Of a stretch of DNA of 64,000 nt, positions 63,785 to 64,000 are shown piece after piece. Each line of letters begins with the position of its first letter. Position 1 is the first letter of the stretch. Position numbers and translations under genes: made by a program. Origin of the DNA: Mantamonas sphyraenae STR306 (Eukaryota; Protista; CRuMs); NCBI GenBank assembly GCA_026936335.1, contig JAPMXV010000040.1, positions 136,138 to 200,137 on the forward strand, written 5' to 3'. The notes under the pieces are model-generated. The model was not told the origin of the DNA, did no database searches, and worked only from the letters and a program-made list of their open reading frames with translations.

Positions 63785-64000
63785 AGGGTTAGGGTTAGGG
63801 TTAGGGTTAGGGTTAGGGTTAGGGTTAGGGTTAGGGTTAGGGTTAGGGTTAGGGTTAGGGTTAGGGTTAGGGTTAGGGTTAGGGTTAGGGTTAGGGTTAG
63901 GGTTAGGGTTAGGGTTAGGGTTAGGGTTAGGGTTAGGGTTAGGGTTAGGGTTAGGGTTAGGGTTAGGGTTAGGGTTAGGGTTAGGGTTAGGGTTAGGGTT
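63785..64000 (+). repeat. Telomeric repeat (TTAGGG)n, chromosome end
   Basis: 36 perfect hexamers running to the window end, G-rich strand oriented 5'->3' outward. Confidence 0.99.

Overview
The terminal 64 kb of a chromosome from a compact, GC-rich, intron-poor flagellated microbial eukaryote. It ends in a (TTAGGG)n telomere at 63785-64000. About 27 protein-coding genes and one tRNA-Leu(UAA) are packed with intergenic gaps that are often under 100 bp. Recognisable genes: a DD34E IS630/Tc1-type transposase, QTRT1, a GnT-I-like glycosyltransferase, two paralogous front-end desaturases flanking ZIP4/TEX11, RPA34, TMEM184, Piezo, an acetyl-CoA hydrolase/CoA-transferase, V-ATPase d, a CASTOR-like protein, DLEC1, a RasGEF, RPP40, MED9, a NOXRED1-like protein, NAGPA, EXOC6 and an ALDH. 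The most unusual items are: (1) a ~2,170-aa protein, split over two ORFs by a 1-nt frame break, made of four tandem ATP-grasp modules (three degenerate, one intact) fused to a bacterial-type IadA isoaspartyl dipeptidase, i.e. a candidate one-gene isopeptide make/break system; (2) a CaMK-type kinase fused to a complete NECAB module (EF-hands, NECAB homology region, ABM domain); (3) a bacterial-type zincin carrying a phage-like C-terminal module; (4) an insect Gr/Or-like 7TM channel candidate; (5) a strong G-over-C skew on the + strand, independent of gene orientation, across the distal ~33 kb; (6) a telomere-adjacent orphan gene with an ABAB internal repeat. All family calls come from motif recognition by eye; no searches were run.
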